A DNA stretch of 64,000 nt, from contig JABVCE010000025.1 in assembly GCA_014905635.1 (NCBI GenBank), positions 310,001 through 374,000 on the forward strand, in the 5' to 3' direction. The translations under genes and the position numbers were made by a program. Source of the stretch: Scenedesmus sp. PABB004 (Eukaryota). Below, one piece after another: positions 1 through 11,317 of the stretch (positions within the stretch are counted from its first letter, which is position 1; each line of letters opens with the position of its first letter). The notes under the pieces were generated by a model. The model searched no databases and was not told where the DNA came from. It saw only the letters and a program-made list of their open reading frames with translations.

Positions 1-2259
1 CTCGCCCGGCAGCGCCACGGGCAGCGCGACCGCGGCGTTGGCCGCGCCGAGGGACATCATGTCACCCAGGTGCTGGTACCTGCGCGCAGGGCGGCGCGCG
101 GCGCGGCGCGCGGGGCGCAGGCGTGTGGGCGCACGCGTGTGCGAGCGGCGTGCGCGCGCGAGAGAGAGAGAGAGAGAGAGGGAGGGAGGGAGGGAAGGAG
201 GGAGAGAGAGAAAAGCCAGAGCCTGGCGCGCGCCGCGCCGCGCCGCGCCGTGCGTCGCGTCGCGTCGCACCGGAACGGCAGCAGCGGGCGGCCGTTGATG
301 GCGGCCCACACGTTCCAGGCGGCGTAGTCGGCCTGCTGGAACGCGACCTGCGCCGTGGCGGGGTAGAAGCCACCGCCGCCGCCGTCGCTCGCTGCCGTGT
401 CGGGCCGGGCGACGTCGCCGAGCGCAAACACGGCCGCGTGGCCGGGCACGCGCAGCGTCGCGTCGGCCGCGAGCTGCCCCCGCGCATCGAGCGGCAGCGG
501 GCCGAGCGGCGCCGACGCGGCGCGCGACCCCGCGGTCCACAGCACCAGGTCCGCCGCGAGCGCGGCGTCATCGCTGCCCGCCTCGAACGCCGCGGCCGGC
601 TGCAGCCGCAGCGTGAAGCTCGGCTCGGCCTCCTGGGGCGGCGCCGCCGCCGACGCCGCGCCGGCCGCGGCCGCGGCGAGCACGGCGTCGTCGCCGGCGG
701 GGCGCCCCGGTGCGGGCGGCTCGACCACCAGGGGCTCCACCACGAGCGGCGCCTGCTCGACAGCGGTGACCTTGGTGCCCGTCATCATCTCCACGCCCAG
801 CTCGCGCAGCGCCTGCGCGGTGGGGAGCGGGGCGAGCGTGCCAACGGCGCGGCGGCCGGCGGTCGGCGGCGGCTGGCGCGCGGCGGCGGCCGGCCCGCGC
901 CGGTCCGGTCCGGTCACCTGCGCCGCCGCCTCGCGCTGCCCCGGCGGCGCGGCGTCGAGGATGCCCGCGCCCGGCGTGAGCAGCACCACGCGCGCCGCGC
1001 CGCGCAGCCGCTCCGCAACAACCGCGGCGAGCTCCACGCCCGCGTAGCCCGCGCCCACGACCGCGACGGTCGCCGGCGGCCGCCCCGCCGCGGCGCGGGC
1101 CTCAAAGCGCGCGAGCGCGCCCGCGACGTGCTCCGCGTCCTCCAGCCCCACAAACGGCCGCGCGTGCTCGCGTACGCCCGGCACGCCGCGCGGGTCGGCC
1201 GCCGCGCCGAGCGCACATACCAGGTAGTCGTACGGCAGGCTGCCGCCCGACGCGAGGCGCACGCGCCCGCCGCCCGCGCTGCCGCCGCCCGCGAGCGGCC
1301 GCTCCGGCAGCACCTCCAGCACCTTGTCCTGCGCGGCGGCGACGCGCGGCGGCGGTGCGCGGTCGCGGCGGGCGGCGCCGCGCGCCGGCGCGCCCTCCCG
1401 GCCGCCCGCGCCGCCGCGCCGCGCCGCCCGCCGGGCCCGCGCCGCCGCGGCCGCCGCGAGTTCGCCGGGGCGCGCCTGCACAAAGGTGATGGTGTAGGGC
1501 GCGAGCAGCTGCGCAAACGTGGGCGCGACCTCCCACGCGTCGGCGGTGCCGTTGAGCAGCTCGTAGAGCAGCGGCTTGAACACAAAGCGCTCGCCCTGGT
1601 CCACCAGCGTGATCTGGAGCGCACGCAGCACGCCCACAGGCCGCGGCGGGCGCAGGGGCCGTCGGCGCCGGCGCGCGGGCGGCGCGGGCGGCGCGGGCGG
1701 CGCGGCGCCCACGCCAACCCACCCTGGGCTTCTTGCCGTTGGGCCACATGAGCAGCTCGAGCTTGATGGCCGTGTAGAGCCCGCCAAAGCCGCCGCCCAG
1801 CACGCACACGCGCGGCCGGCCGTCGTCGGCGGCGTCCGCGGGCGCCGCCGCGCCTGCGGCGGCGGGGCGGCGCGGTGGGCGCGGCGCCGAGCGCCGCAGC
1901 GGGGCCCCGGCGGGCCGGCTGGGGCGGCGGTCACCTGCTGCAGAGGCGTCCGCGGCGGCCGGCGCGGCGGCGTGCAGCTGCTGCAGGCGGCCTGTGTGCC
2001 AGCGGCGGGGCGGTGCGGCGGTGGCGTCGGGGGTGCGCGCGGCGCCGGCGCGGCCCGGCGCGCGCGCAGCAGGGGCCGCCAGCGCACCCTGCTGGCGCCC
2101 GCCGGCGGCGGCGGCGAGGCGGCGCTGCAGCGCCGCGCCCGCGCGCAGCATCGTGCTGCGGGCCGCGGCGCGGGCGTGTGTGGCTGGCAGCAGTGGCGCG
2201 CGCTGCACCGGCCGCGGCGCAGGGCTGCTGCGCGGTGCCGCCGGGGCCAGGTATCGCAT
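1..2259 (-). CDS. NDC1: Type II (alternative) NAD(P)H:quinone oxidoreductase, NDC1/NdbB-like, plastid-targeted; multi-exon, 3' end runs off the window
   Basis: Exons encode RVCVLGGGFGGLYTA (FAD-binding), ITLVDQGERFVFKPLLYELL, YDYLVCALG, VAVVGAGYAGVELAA, LVLWTAG, VFALGD, PATAQVAFQQADYAAWN and YQHLGDMMSLG. The start is the ATG at 2259 or 2151, followed by an Ala/Arg-rich transit-like leader. Confidence 0.9.
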
Positions 2260-2763
2260 GGGGCCGCCGCCGGGGCGGGGCGGGACGGGGCGCGCGCGCC
2301 GCACGGCGACGGCGGGCGCGGCGGCGACGGGCGGGCGCGGCAGCGTGCCGCGGGACTGCGCGGCGGGCGCTGCGGCGCGGCGTGTGTGACGTGCCGGGGC
2401 GGGCCGCCGGCGGCCCGATCGGGCGGCCTGGGTTGAAACGCGAGCCAAACTCGCGACCGCCCCGCTCGACTCACGCCTACCGTCGCCGTCGTTCCGCGTG
2501 CGTGGCCAATCATCGATCACCCCGACCCGCGAGCGTCATCGCAGCGTCGTCCCCGACCCGCGCCGCGCACACACGCAAGGGCTCGGCCGCACCCCGCCCG
2601 CCGCAGCGCGCCAGACGCCTCGCTCGAGCGACAGAGCTGCGCAGCCGATGCTTACGGCGGCCCTGGGGGCGCGCTGGCGGCCCGGCGGCGGCTGCGCCGG
2701 CCGGCGGGAGCAGCAGCAGCACGGCTGCTGAGCGCTGCTAAGGGCGTTCCGGCGGCCTGTGCC

Positions 2764-5700
2764 ATGATGTGGCTCGCGTCAGCGCGGCTGGTGGTGCTGG
2801 TGGTGCTGGCGGTGCTCACGACGGCGCCGGGCGCGGCGCTCACGACGGCGCTGCGCGCGGAGGAGGGCTCGCTCTTCGATGCCTTCACAAACGACACCAT
2901 CACCGAGGTCCTGGTCAGCCTGGACAACTACAAGCTCAGCCGGAAGGCCTGGTGCGGCGGCGCGCGCGGCGGCAGCGACCGCGGCGGCGGCGGCAGCGGC
3001 GGCGGCGGCAGCGGCGCCGACGCGCCGCCGCCGCCGTGCCCGCGAACGCCGGCCAGGTCTGTCTACAACGAGACCCACCCCTATCGCCTCACGCGCGACC
3101 TGCTGCTGCGCTCGGCGGACGTGACGCTGGGGCAGCTCGACTTTGACTTCCTGTCCAACAAGGCGCGCCTTGTGTTGCGCGCCGCACACAGCACACAGCG
3201 CACAGCAGCGCCGCACAGCAGCGCCGCACAGCAGCGCGGCCGCGCGGCGCCCAAGGCCCCCGCGCGAGGCGCGCGCGGCGCGCGACCGCCGTCGTCCGCC
3301 GCCGCCGCTGCGGGGCGCCCCCGCGCAGGTGCTGATCGCGTCCAACGTCACCGTCACGCTCGAGAGCCTCGCGACGCGCAACGTCCGCAAGCTCGGCGGC
3401 TTTAGCGTCGACTTTTTCAGTGAGCGCCCGCGCGGACCGCCCCTGGAGCTGCTGCCCCGCCGCGGCAGCAGCGGCGCGGCGCGGCGCGCCCGGCGGCGGC
3501 GCCCGCCGGGCCGGCGGCCCGGCCCCACGCGCGCGCGCGCCCGCCCCCGCGCCCCGCCGCGCCGCAGTGGGCGAGCCCAACTCGACGGTCGTCATGCGCA
3601 ACGTCGTGCGCGTCAAGGCGGTGTGCAACCCCATCCAGGAGGCCTTCCGCGCGGCGAGCGCGCTGCGCTCGGCGCCGCCGTGGCCGCCGAACAACGTGTC
3701 GATCGTCGACAACGTCTGCTTGCCGTCGCCCGGCGGCGGCGCGCCGGTCTGCTACAACACGTCGCTGCGCTTCAACGACTTCAGCTTCCTCGTCCGCCCG
3801 ACCGACCCCGAGGCCGGCGTGTCGCAGGCGGGGTACGTGCTGTACATGCACAACACCAGCCGCGTGTGCGACCACTACATCACAGCGGCCTGCCTCGCCG
3901 CGGCGGGCCAGGACGCGTGCATCGCCGAGGCCCTCGACGCGATCATTAACGGGACGGCCGCCGCGGGGTTGAGCCCCGGCGCGATCGCGGGCGTCGCGGT
4001 CGCGGGTGCGCGGGCGCGCCGCCGACAGGGGAAGCGCGGGCGGGCGGCGTGCCCGCGCGGCGCGGCCGCAAGCGCCGCCGCTGGGCGCGGCCGCCGACGC
4101 GCGCGCGCGGCCGGCGCCGCCGCCGCCGCCGCGCAGGCGCGGCCGTGGTGCTGGTGCTCGTGCTGTGCGTGGTCTTCCGGCGCCGCGTCCTGGCGCTCCT
4201 CGTGCGCCTCGGCGGCAAGTCGCTGCAGGAGCTCGGCTCCGGCAGCAGCCCGTGAGTCGGCGGCCGCGCCGCGCGGGGGCGGGCGGAGCTCGCAGCGCCG
4301 GCGCGCGCCCGCGCTCACGCCCGCGCGCCCGCGCGCCCCCGCGCCCAACGCAGGAGCGACGACGACCCGACGCGCCGCGTGCTGCTGCCGTCGAGCGTCG
4401 TGACGCAGGGCAAGCAGTCGGCGACGCAGGCGGTGCGGCTCGGCCTGCTGCTCGGCTCGGGCTCCTTTGGTCGCGTGTACAGGTGCGCCCGGCCGGCGGC
4501 AACGCGGCGGCGGCGCGGGAGGTGGCGGCGCGGCCCTCGCGGCGCGGCCGTCGTGCGTGGCCTCCAAGGCCTGCCCGCGCGAGCGACCTGGACCGACCTG
4601 CGCGGCGTGGCGGCGGCAGCGAGGGAGCGGGGCGGAGGGAGGAGGCGCGGCGCGGCGCCGGCCCTTGCACCGACCGCCGCGCCGCCGCACGCGCACGCGC
4701 GCGCGCGCGCCAGGGGGCGTTGGCACGGCACCGACGTCGCGGTGAAGATCATTTCCTGCACGCCCGACGAGCTGCCAAAGGTGCTCAAGGAGGCCGAGGT
4801 CATGATGCAGGTGCGGCACGCCGCGCTGCCGGGAGCCCGCGCATTGGGCCTCGTCGCGCCGCGGCAGCCCAACCCAAACCGCCCGCCCGCCCGCGCCGCG
4901 CAGCTGAACCACCCCAACATCGTGCGCCTGTTCCAGTGCTCGCTGTGGAACCCGCTCGAGCACCAGCGCTACCAGGCAGCCAAGGCCGCGGCGGCGGCGG
5001 CGGCGCGCCCCGGCGGCGGCGGCGGCGCCGCGCCGCGCACCAGCGCGAGTTCCGGGCAGCCGACCACCGCGACAACGAGCAGCGGCGCGAGCGGCGCGGC
5101 GGCGCGGCCGCCGGGGGTGCGCGGCGCGACCGCCGCGGACAGCGTGGTCGTCAACGTAGCGATGCCCCACATCCTCCAGCGCCAGCACGCGCCACCGGCG
5201 GGCGGCCGCGGCAGCGGCAGCGCGGCCGGCAGCGGCAGCGGCAGCGGCGGGCCCGCGTCGGGCAGCGGCCACGCGAGCGGCGGCGGCGCCGCGGGCGGCG
5301 GCGGCGCGGCGGGCAGCGCGCGCTCGTCGCTGCCCGGCAGCGGCAGCACGAGCTCGTCCGAGGCTGCGCGCCGGCTGATGGCCAAGGTGCTGCAGCCGGT
5401 GCAGCAGCACCAGCAGGCGCAGGCGGCGCTCGCCAGCGGCGCGCCGCAGGGCCCGCCCACGCGGAGCCGCTCCCTCGAGGGCGCGCCGCCGCGGCTGAGC
5501 TCGACGCCGCTGTCCAGCGCGGTGGGCAGCAGCGGGCCGCCGCTGCCGCTGCACGTTGTTGGCAGCGCCGGTGTGGCGGGCCACCAGGGACCGCACAGCG
5601 ACCCGCTGGCGCGGCTGCCGCCGCCGCCGCCCGGCAGCGCCGGCGACACGGCCGGCAGCTCGGCCGTGCCGCTCTCGGGCACCGCCGGCAGCTCGCAGCT

Positions 5701-7311
5701 GGGCCACTTCAGCAGCGGCCCGCACGCCCTCGGCGAGGGGCGGGACCACCACAGCGGCCCGCTCGCGCTCGGGGAGGGCAAGGACGGCCCCGGCGGCGGC
5801 AACGTGTGGTCAGGCATCGGCCCCTGGCGCGCCGGCAGCAGCCGCGGCACCAACACGAGCAGCAGCCAGGACGCCGCCGCGGCGGCGGCCGCCGCCGCGC
5901 TGCGCGACTCGGGCACGCAGGCGGGCGTGAGCACGTCCAGCGCCGCCGCCGGGCGCCTGCCCGGCAGCCCCGGCGCCGAGATCCAGCCCGTCGCGCCGCC
6001 GGCGGGCCTGGGCTGGTGGCGCCGGCGCCGCGGCGGCGGCAGCGCCAGCAGCGGCAGCAGCAGCGCGGGCCGCACGGGGAGGGCGCCGCGGCGCGGCGGC
6101 GGCGGGCGCGGCGCTCGGCGCCGCGGGCGGCGGCGACAGCTCCAGCTCCGACGAGGGCCGCAAGGAGGTGCAGGTGTGGCTGGTGCTCGAGCTGTGCACG
6201 GCCGGGACGCTGAAGGACGCGGTGTCCCTCGGCCGCCTGCGCACCGACAGCCGCCTGGAGATGGTGCGCGCCGCGGCTGCGCCGCCGCGCCATGCCACCC
6301 GCGGGGCACGGCCGCCGCCGCGCCGCCGCCCGCGCCCAACGCCGCGCCGCCGCCTGCGACCCGTGCCCCCCGCCGTGCAGGCCAAGCTGCTGAGCCGGCT
6401 GCTGGACGCCGCCAACGGCATGAGCTACCTGCACAGCAAGGGCGTGCTGCACGGTGCGAGCGCCCGCCCCGCCCCGCCCCGCCCCGCCCGCAGCGCGCCG
6501 CGCACCGCGCCCCGCGCGCCCGCGCACACGCAGGCGAGCGCGCCGCCCACCGCCGCCGCCGCCGCCGCCCGCCGCCGCCGCGCCGCAGGCGACCTCAAGG
6601 CCGGCAACGTGCTGCTGCAGAGCAGCATCACCGGCAGCTACGGGCAGGTCGCCAAGATCAGCGACTTTGGCCTCGCGGCGACGCTGCTCGACGGCGCGAC
6701 GCACCGCAGCACGCAGAGCATGGTGCGCCGCGCGGCCACGCGCGCGGGGCGAGGCGCGCGCGGGGCGCGTGGCTCATGCTGCCGCCGCCGCCGCCGCCGC
6801 TGCGGCAGGGCACCATCACGCACATGGCGCCCGAGGTGCTGCGCAGCGGGCACATGTCGACCGCCGCCGACGTGTGAGTGGCGCGCGCGCGGCCGGCGGG
6901 GCCGGCGCCGCGCGGCCGGCCGGGCCGGCGCCGCGCGCCCGCCCACTGCTCCCTCCCTCCTCCCCGCCCGCCCGCGCCCCGTCTTGGCTGCCCGCCCCGC
7001 AGCTACTCCTATGGCATCATGAGTGAGCGCGCCGCGCCGCGCCGCGCCGCGCGCCGCGCGCGCGCGCCCGCCGCGCCGGCCCGCCCCGCCGCTCACCGCC
7101 GCGCTCGCGCCGCGCCGCGCGTCGCGTCGCAGTGTGGGAGGTGTTCACCAACCGCCAGGTGCACGCGGGGCTGCACTACGGCGCGGTCGTGGAGCGCGTC
7201 GTCGTGCGCGGCGAGCGCCCCGCCGTGCCGGAGGGCATGCCGGTGGAGTTTGCCCTGCTCATGAAGAGCTGCTGGGCCGCCGACCCCGCGCAGCGCCCGA
7301 CGTTCCAGCAG

Positions 7312-7342
<31 letters not shown>

Positions 7343-8179
7343 GCAGGGAGACAGACAGGGAGAGGGCCGCGCGGCGCCGAGTCGCTGCCCCGGCCGCGCG
7401 CCTGACGCCCGCGCGCCGCCCGCGCCGCCCGCGCCGCGCCACGCTGTGCGCCGCAGGTGATGCAGTGCCTCGAGCTGCTGCTTGACAACCTCACGAGCGA
7501 GAGCGAGGGCCGCATCAGCGAGGGCGTGGAGGAGGGGCGCACGAGCAGCTCCAGCAGCCTCAGCGCGGTGCCCTCCGCCGCGGCCGCGGCCGCGGCGGCG
7601 GCGGCGGCCAAGGCCGCGGCCGACGACGCGGCGGCCAAGGCCGCGGCGGCCGGCCCCGGCGGGGGCGGCGACTCGGCGCCGTCGCAGGGCGGCAGCAGCG
7701 CGCTCGCCGCGGCGACGCCCACGCCCAGCGGCCTCGGCGACCCCGGCGCGGGCAGCAGCAGCGCCGCCGCGCGCTGGCCCACCGTCGGCAGCGGCGGCCC
7801 CAGCTCGCGCCTGGCGGGCTGGCTGGCGTCGGGCGCGAGCGCGTCGGGCGCCGCGAGCACAACCACCCTGAGCTCGACCTCGGGCGTCGCGTCCGGCGCG
7901 CCGGCCGGCCTGGACGGCGGCTCGCCAGACGCCACCGGTGAGGGCTCGCCGCGCAAGCTCAGCGCCGGCCAGCTCCTGCAGGCGCCGCAGGCGGCCGCCA
8001 AGGCGCCGCCGGCGCGCGGCCTCGCCGCGACGGCGGGCTCGGCGGGCTCGTGGGGGTCGGGGCAGCCGGTGACGCCGCAGGGCGAGGTGCAGCGCCTCGT
8101 GCGCGCGCGCATGGCGAGCCGCGGCCGCGGCCGGCCGCCGGACGTCGTCGACAGCGAGGGCTTTGTGCAGGACCTCTGA
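2764..8179 (+). CDS. Receptor-like TKL Ser/Thr(/Tyr) kinase: signal peptide, Cys-containing ectodomain, one TM helix, kinase domain with a large low-complexity insert
   Basis: Signal peptide MMWLASARLVVLVVLAVL and a TM segment (AIAGVAVA..AVVLVLVLCVVFRRR). Kinase motifs in spliced exons: LLGSGSFGRVY, VAVKII, LNHPNIV, VWLVLELC, YLHSKGVLHGDLKAGNVLL, KISDFGLA, GTITHMAPE, DVYSYGI, CWAADPAQRPTF. Stop at 8177-8179. Confidence 0.9.
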
Positions 8180-9105
8180 GGCGGGCCCTGGGGGGTCGCG
8201 GGGGGTCGCGGAGGACAGGGGAAGGGATGGGATGGGATGGGAGGACAGCCGCCACGCCGCCAGGCCGCGGTCGCAGCCCTTCAACAGGGCGGCGCGCTCA
8301 ACGGGGGGCGGCGGGCGGCCCGCCGACACACCACCGCGCCTTATGAGCAGGCGGCGTGGGCGGTGACACGTGGCTGGGCGCGTGCGCCGTGTGGACGACG
8401 CTGGCGGCCGGCTCGTGGGCGCCAGGCCCACCGCCAGGGCCGCCTGCATCGCGGGCCCTGGGCTTCTCGTGGCTTCTCGTGGTGGCGGGAGTGTGCAGCC
8501 GGCCGGTCAGGCGCTCCTGGCCGACCTGGCCGGCCCCGCCGCCGCCCGCGACTCGACTGCATTGCGCACGGGCGCGCCGCCAGCGTTGGCGGCGCGCGCC
8601 CGCGCACACTGGCCCGGCCGCCCCTGCGGCTCAGGGGTGCTCCGCGCTTGCACGAAACATTGGCCGGGGCGCCGCGTCACTCGCTTACCAGGCGCAGGCC
8701 CTTGCGGGTGGGGGATCAGAACCTCAGCCCTCTCAACCCCAGCAGCACCAAGGGGCTTGTGCGTGCGCGCGCGGCCGCCGCGCGCAGATTGGTGGCTCGC
8801 TCGGTGGGATCGTTTCTCTTACAAGCCCGAGCGTGGCGCTCTCGGCTTGGATTTCGTCGCGCGCCGCGGAACCCTACACTCACTCCGCACTCACTCCACA
8901 CTCTCGGTCGGTCCTTCCAACTTTGCACTGCCGGCAAACCCACTCCCAGCGGCGTTTCACAAAAGAAATCAGGCGCGTCAGCGCCGCTGCACGCCAGGAC
9001 TGCCACTGTCCGCTGTGACCGCGTTGCGCGTGAACTTGGCGCACGCGGGGCGTCGCGGTCAGCGACGCTGTGTGACACGACGGCAGCGACGGCCCGCACC
9101 GCCCG

Positions 9106-10604
9106 TCAACGCCTCACCGCCGCCAGCAGCCGCTCCAGGCGCTCCCGCATGCTGCCCTCCACCGGCACGCACGTGATGCGGCGCTCCGCGTGGGAGTAGC
9201 GCGCCTGCAGCTGCTGCCCCGGGCGCCGCGCCGCCGCGTCGGTGAGCCACGCCAGCGCGGCGTCGCCAAACGCGAGCAGCAGCGACGGGTCCCACGCCTG
9301 CCCCGCGGTCGATGAGATGCCCGGCAGCGCCGTCACCGGCACCTCCTGCACCTGCGCGGCGCGGCGCGGCGCGGCGCGCGTGGCGCCGCCGCCCCCGCCC
9401 ACAACGCGGCGGGCGGCGCCGCGTCCGCCCGCCCGACCGCCCCCGTCCGCTCGCCCGCCTGCCCGCCCGCCCGCCCGCCCGCCCGCCCGCCCGCCCGCCC
9501 GCCCGCCCGCCGGCCGCGCCGCACCTTGAGCAGCTGGCCGGTGTGGTTGCGGCCGCCCAGCACAAGCGTGTCGACGCCCGCGAGGTACGACTGCACCCAC
9601 CAGCGCGGGTGCTTCTCCTTGTACAGCACGCCCACCGCCTTGGCGTGCAGCGGGACCCTGCGCCGCGACCGCCGGCGGACGCGGCGCGGCGGTCGCAGTC
9701 GCGCGGTCGCGCGGCGCGGCGCGGGCACGGCGCGGCGCCGCGGGGTCGCGGGCGCGGCGCGGCGCGGGCACGGCGCGGCGCCGCGGGGTCGCGGGCGCGG
9801 CGCGTGGGGCCCGCTCACTTGTAGGTCTTGAGCTCCACGTACGGCCGCCCGCCGGTGGGGCCGTCGCCCTCCGCCTTGGCCGCGTCGACCTCGGCCGCCA
9901 TGACCACGCTGTGCCGCCCGAGGCGGAGCTGCAGCACCACGCCAAACTCGCTCGTCGCGTCGACCGACGCCTGCCCTGCAGCGGCGCGCGGCGATGCGAG
10001 CGGCGGTCGGCCGCGGCGGTCGGCCGCGGCGGGCGGCGCGGCGCGGCGCGCCGCCCCCGTCGCCACGGCGCGCCGCCCGCCGCACCTGTGCAGAGCGCCT
10101 CAAACTTGTAGCCATAAAACACAAACCTGCGGCCACGCACGCGGTGGCATGAGGTGGCCACGCCGCGCGGCGCGGCGCCCGCGCGCGGCGGGCGCGCAGC
10201 GCGCCCACGCGCCGCCCGCGCCGCGCGGCCGCGGCGGCCGGCGCACCGGTCCTGGTTGGGGTAGTCGGCCTGCGGCGTCTTGTGGATGTCGAGGCAGAGC
10301 GTGCGGCCGAGCAGCACGGCGTCGATGACCCAGTCGCTGTCGGCGAGGGGCGTGAGCAGGAGCTTGTTCAGGTTGTTCCGGTACGTGACCACGCCCACGC
10401 CCGACCAGTCCACGCCCGCGTCGCCCGCCGCGCGCACGACGGTGTCGACCGGCGACGCCTCGCCGTCGTCGTCCTTGCGCGTGTACGCCGACTCGAAGCC
10501 CGCGTTGAGGTCGGCCGGCAGCGGCGGCGCCGCGTAGCGCAGCAGGCCTGCGCGGGCGCGCGCGCGGGCGGGTGTGGGTGGGTGGGTCGGGCCGCGCTGC
10601 CGCT

Positions 10605-10653
<49 letters not shown>

Positions 10654-10815
10654 ACCCGACTCGTCGCCGAGCAGGAACTCGCCGCCCTCGTGCTTGGACG
10701 TCTTGCTCCAGCAGTGCAGCTGCCGCGGCTTGCTCACGGTCACCCCGCCGGCGTCGCCGGGGCGGTGCGCGGCGACAAAGGCGGCGACGTCAAAGGCCGC
10801 CGGCGGCGCCTCCAT
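9106..10815 (-). CDS. DXO/RAI1-family decapping exoribonuclease
   Basis: Motifs DLNAGFE, VVTYRNNLNKLL, YGYKFE, AAEVDA, YVELKT and WWVQSYLAGV match the RAI1/DXO catalytic motifs; several introns. Confidence 0.85.
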
Positions 10816-11317
10816 CGCGCCGCCGCCGCTGCGTCAACGGCAGCGGCAGCGGCGGCAGCAGCGGCGCGCGGCGCGCGCCGGCCGCCCCGGCGGCGCCGCC
10901 GCCTCCCGCAGCTCGGGCCGTCGCTGGGGCTCCCCCTGCTGCTGCTGGCGTGTCTAGGGGGGCCCTGCTGGGGCGCGCGGCAGCGGCCGGAGGCCGGTGC
11001 AGCGCTGCTGGCAGCGGCGGCAGCGGCAGCGTCTGGCTGCCTGCGCTGGATGGTCACGAGTTGATCGCGGATGGGCGGGCTCCAGCTGGCGAGAGAGGCC
11101 TGCTCGGCAGCCCCAGTGTCAGCGTGGCCGCGCTTGAAGCGCCGTCGCGTGCCGCGGCCACGCGCGATGCGATCGGTCCTGCTTGCCCCTGGAGCGGCGC
11201 GGCGGCCTGGCCGTTACTGCGTACGACCGAACGCGCCGCCGCGCTCGCCCGCGCGCCGCGGCGCTGCGCGCGCTGGCCGCCGCCGCGCTCCCTCCGCCTC
11301 CGAGCCGCGCCACGCCT

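Noticed and set aside
8180..9105. Lower-GC stretch between the kinase and DXO genes as an ncRNA or foreign insert
   Set aside because: No tRNA, snRNA or snoRNA hallmarks were recognised. It fits convergent 3' UTRs, with a minus-strand TGTAA at 8819-8823.
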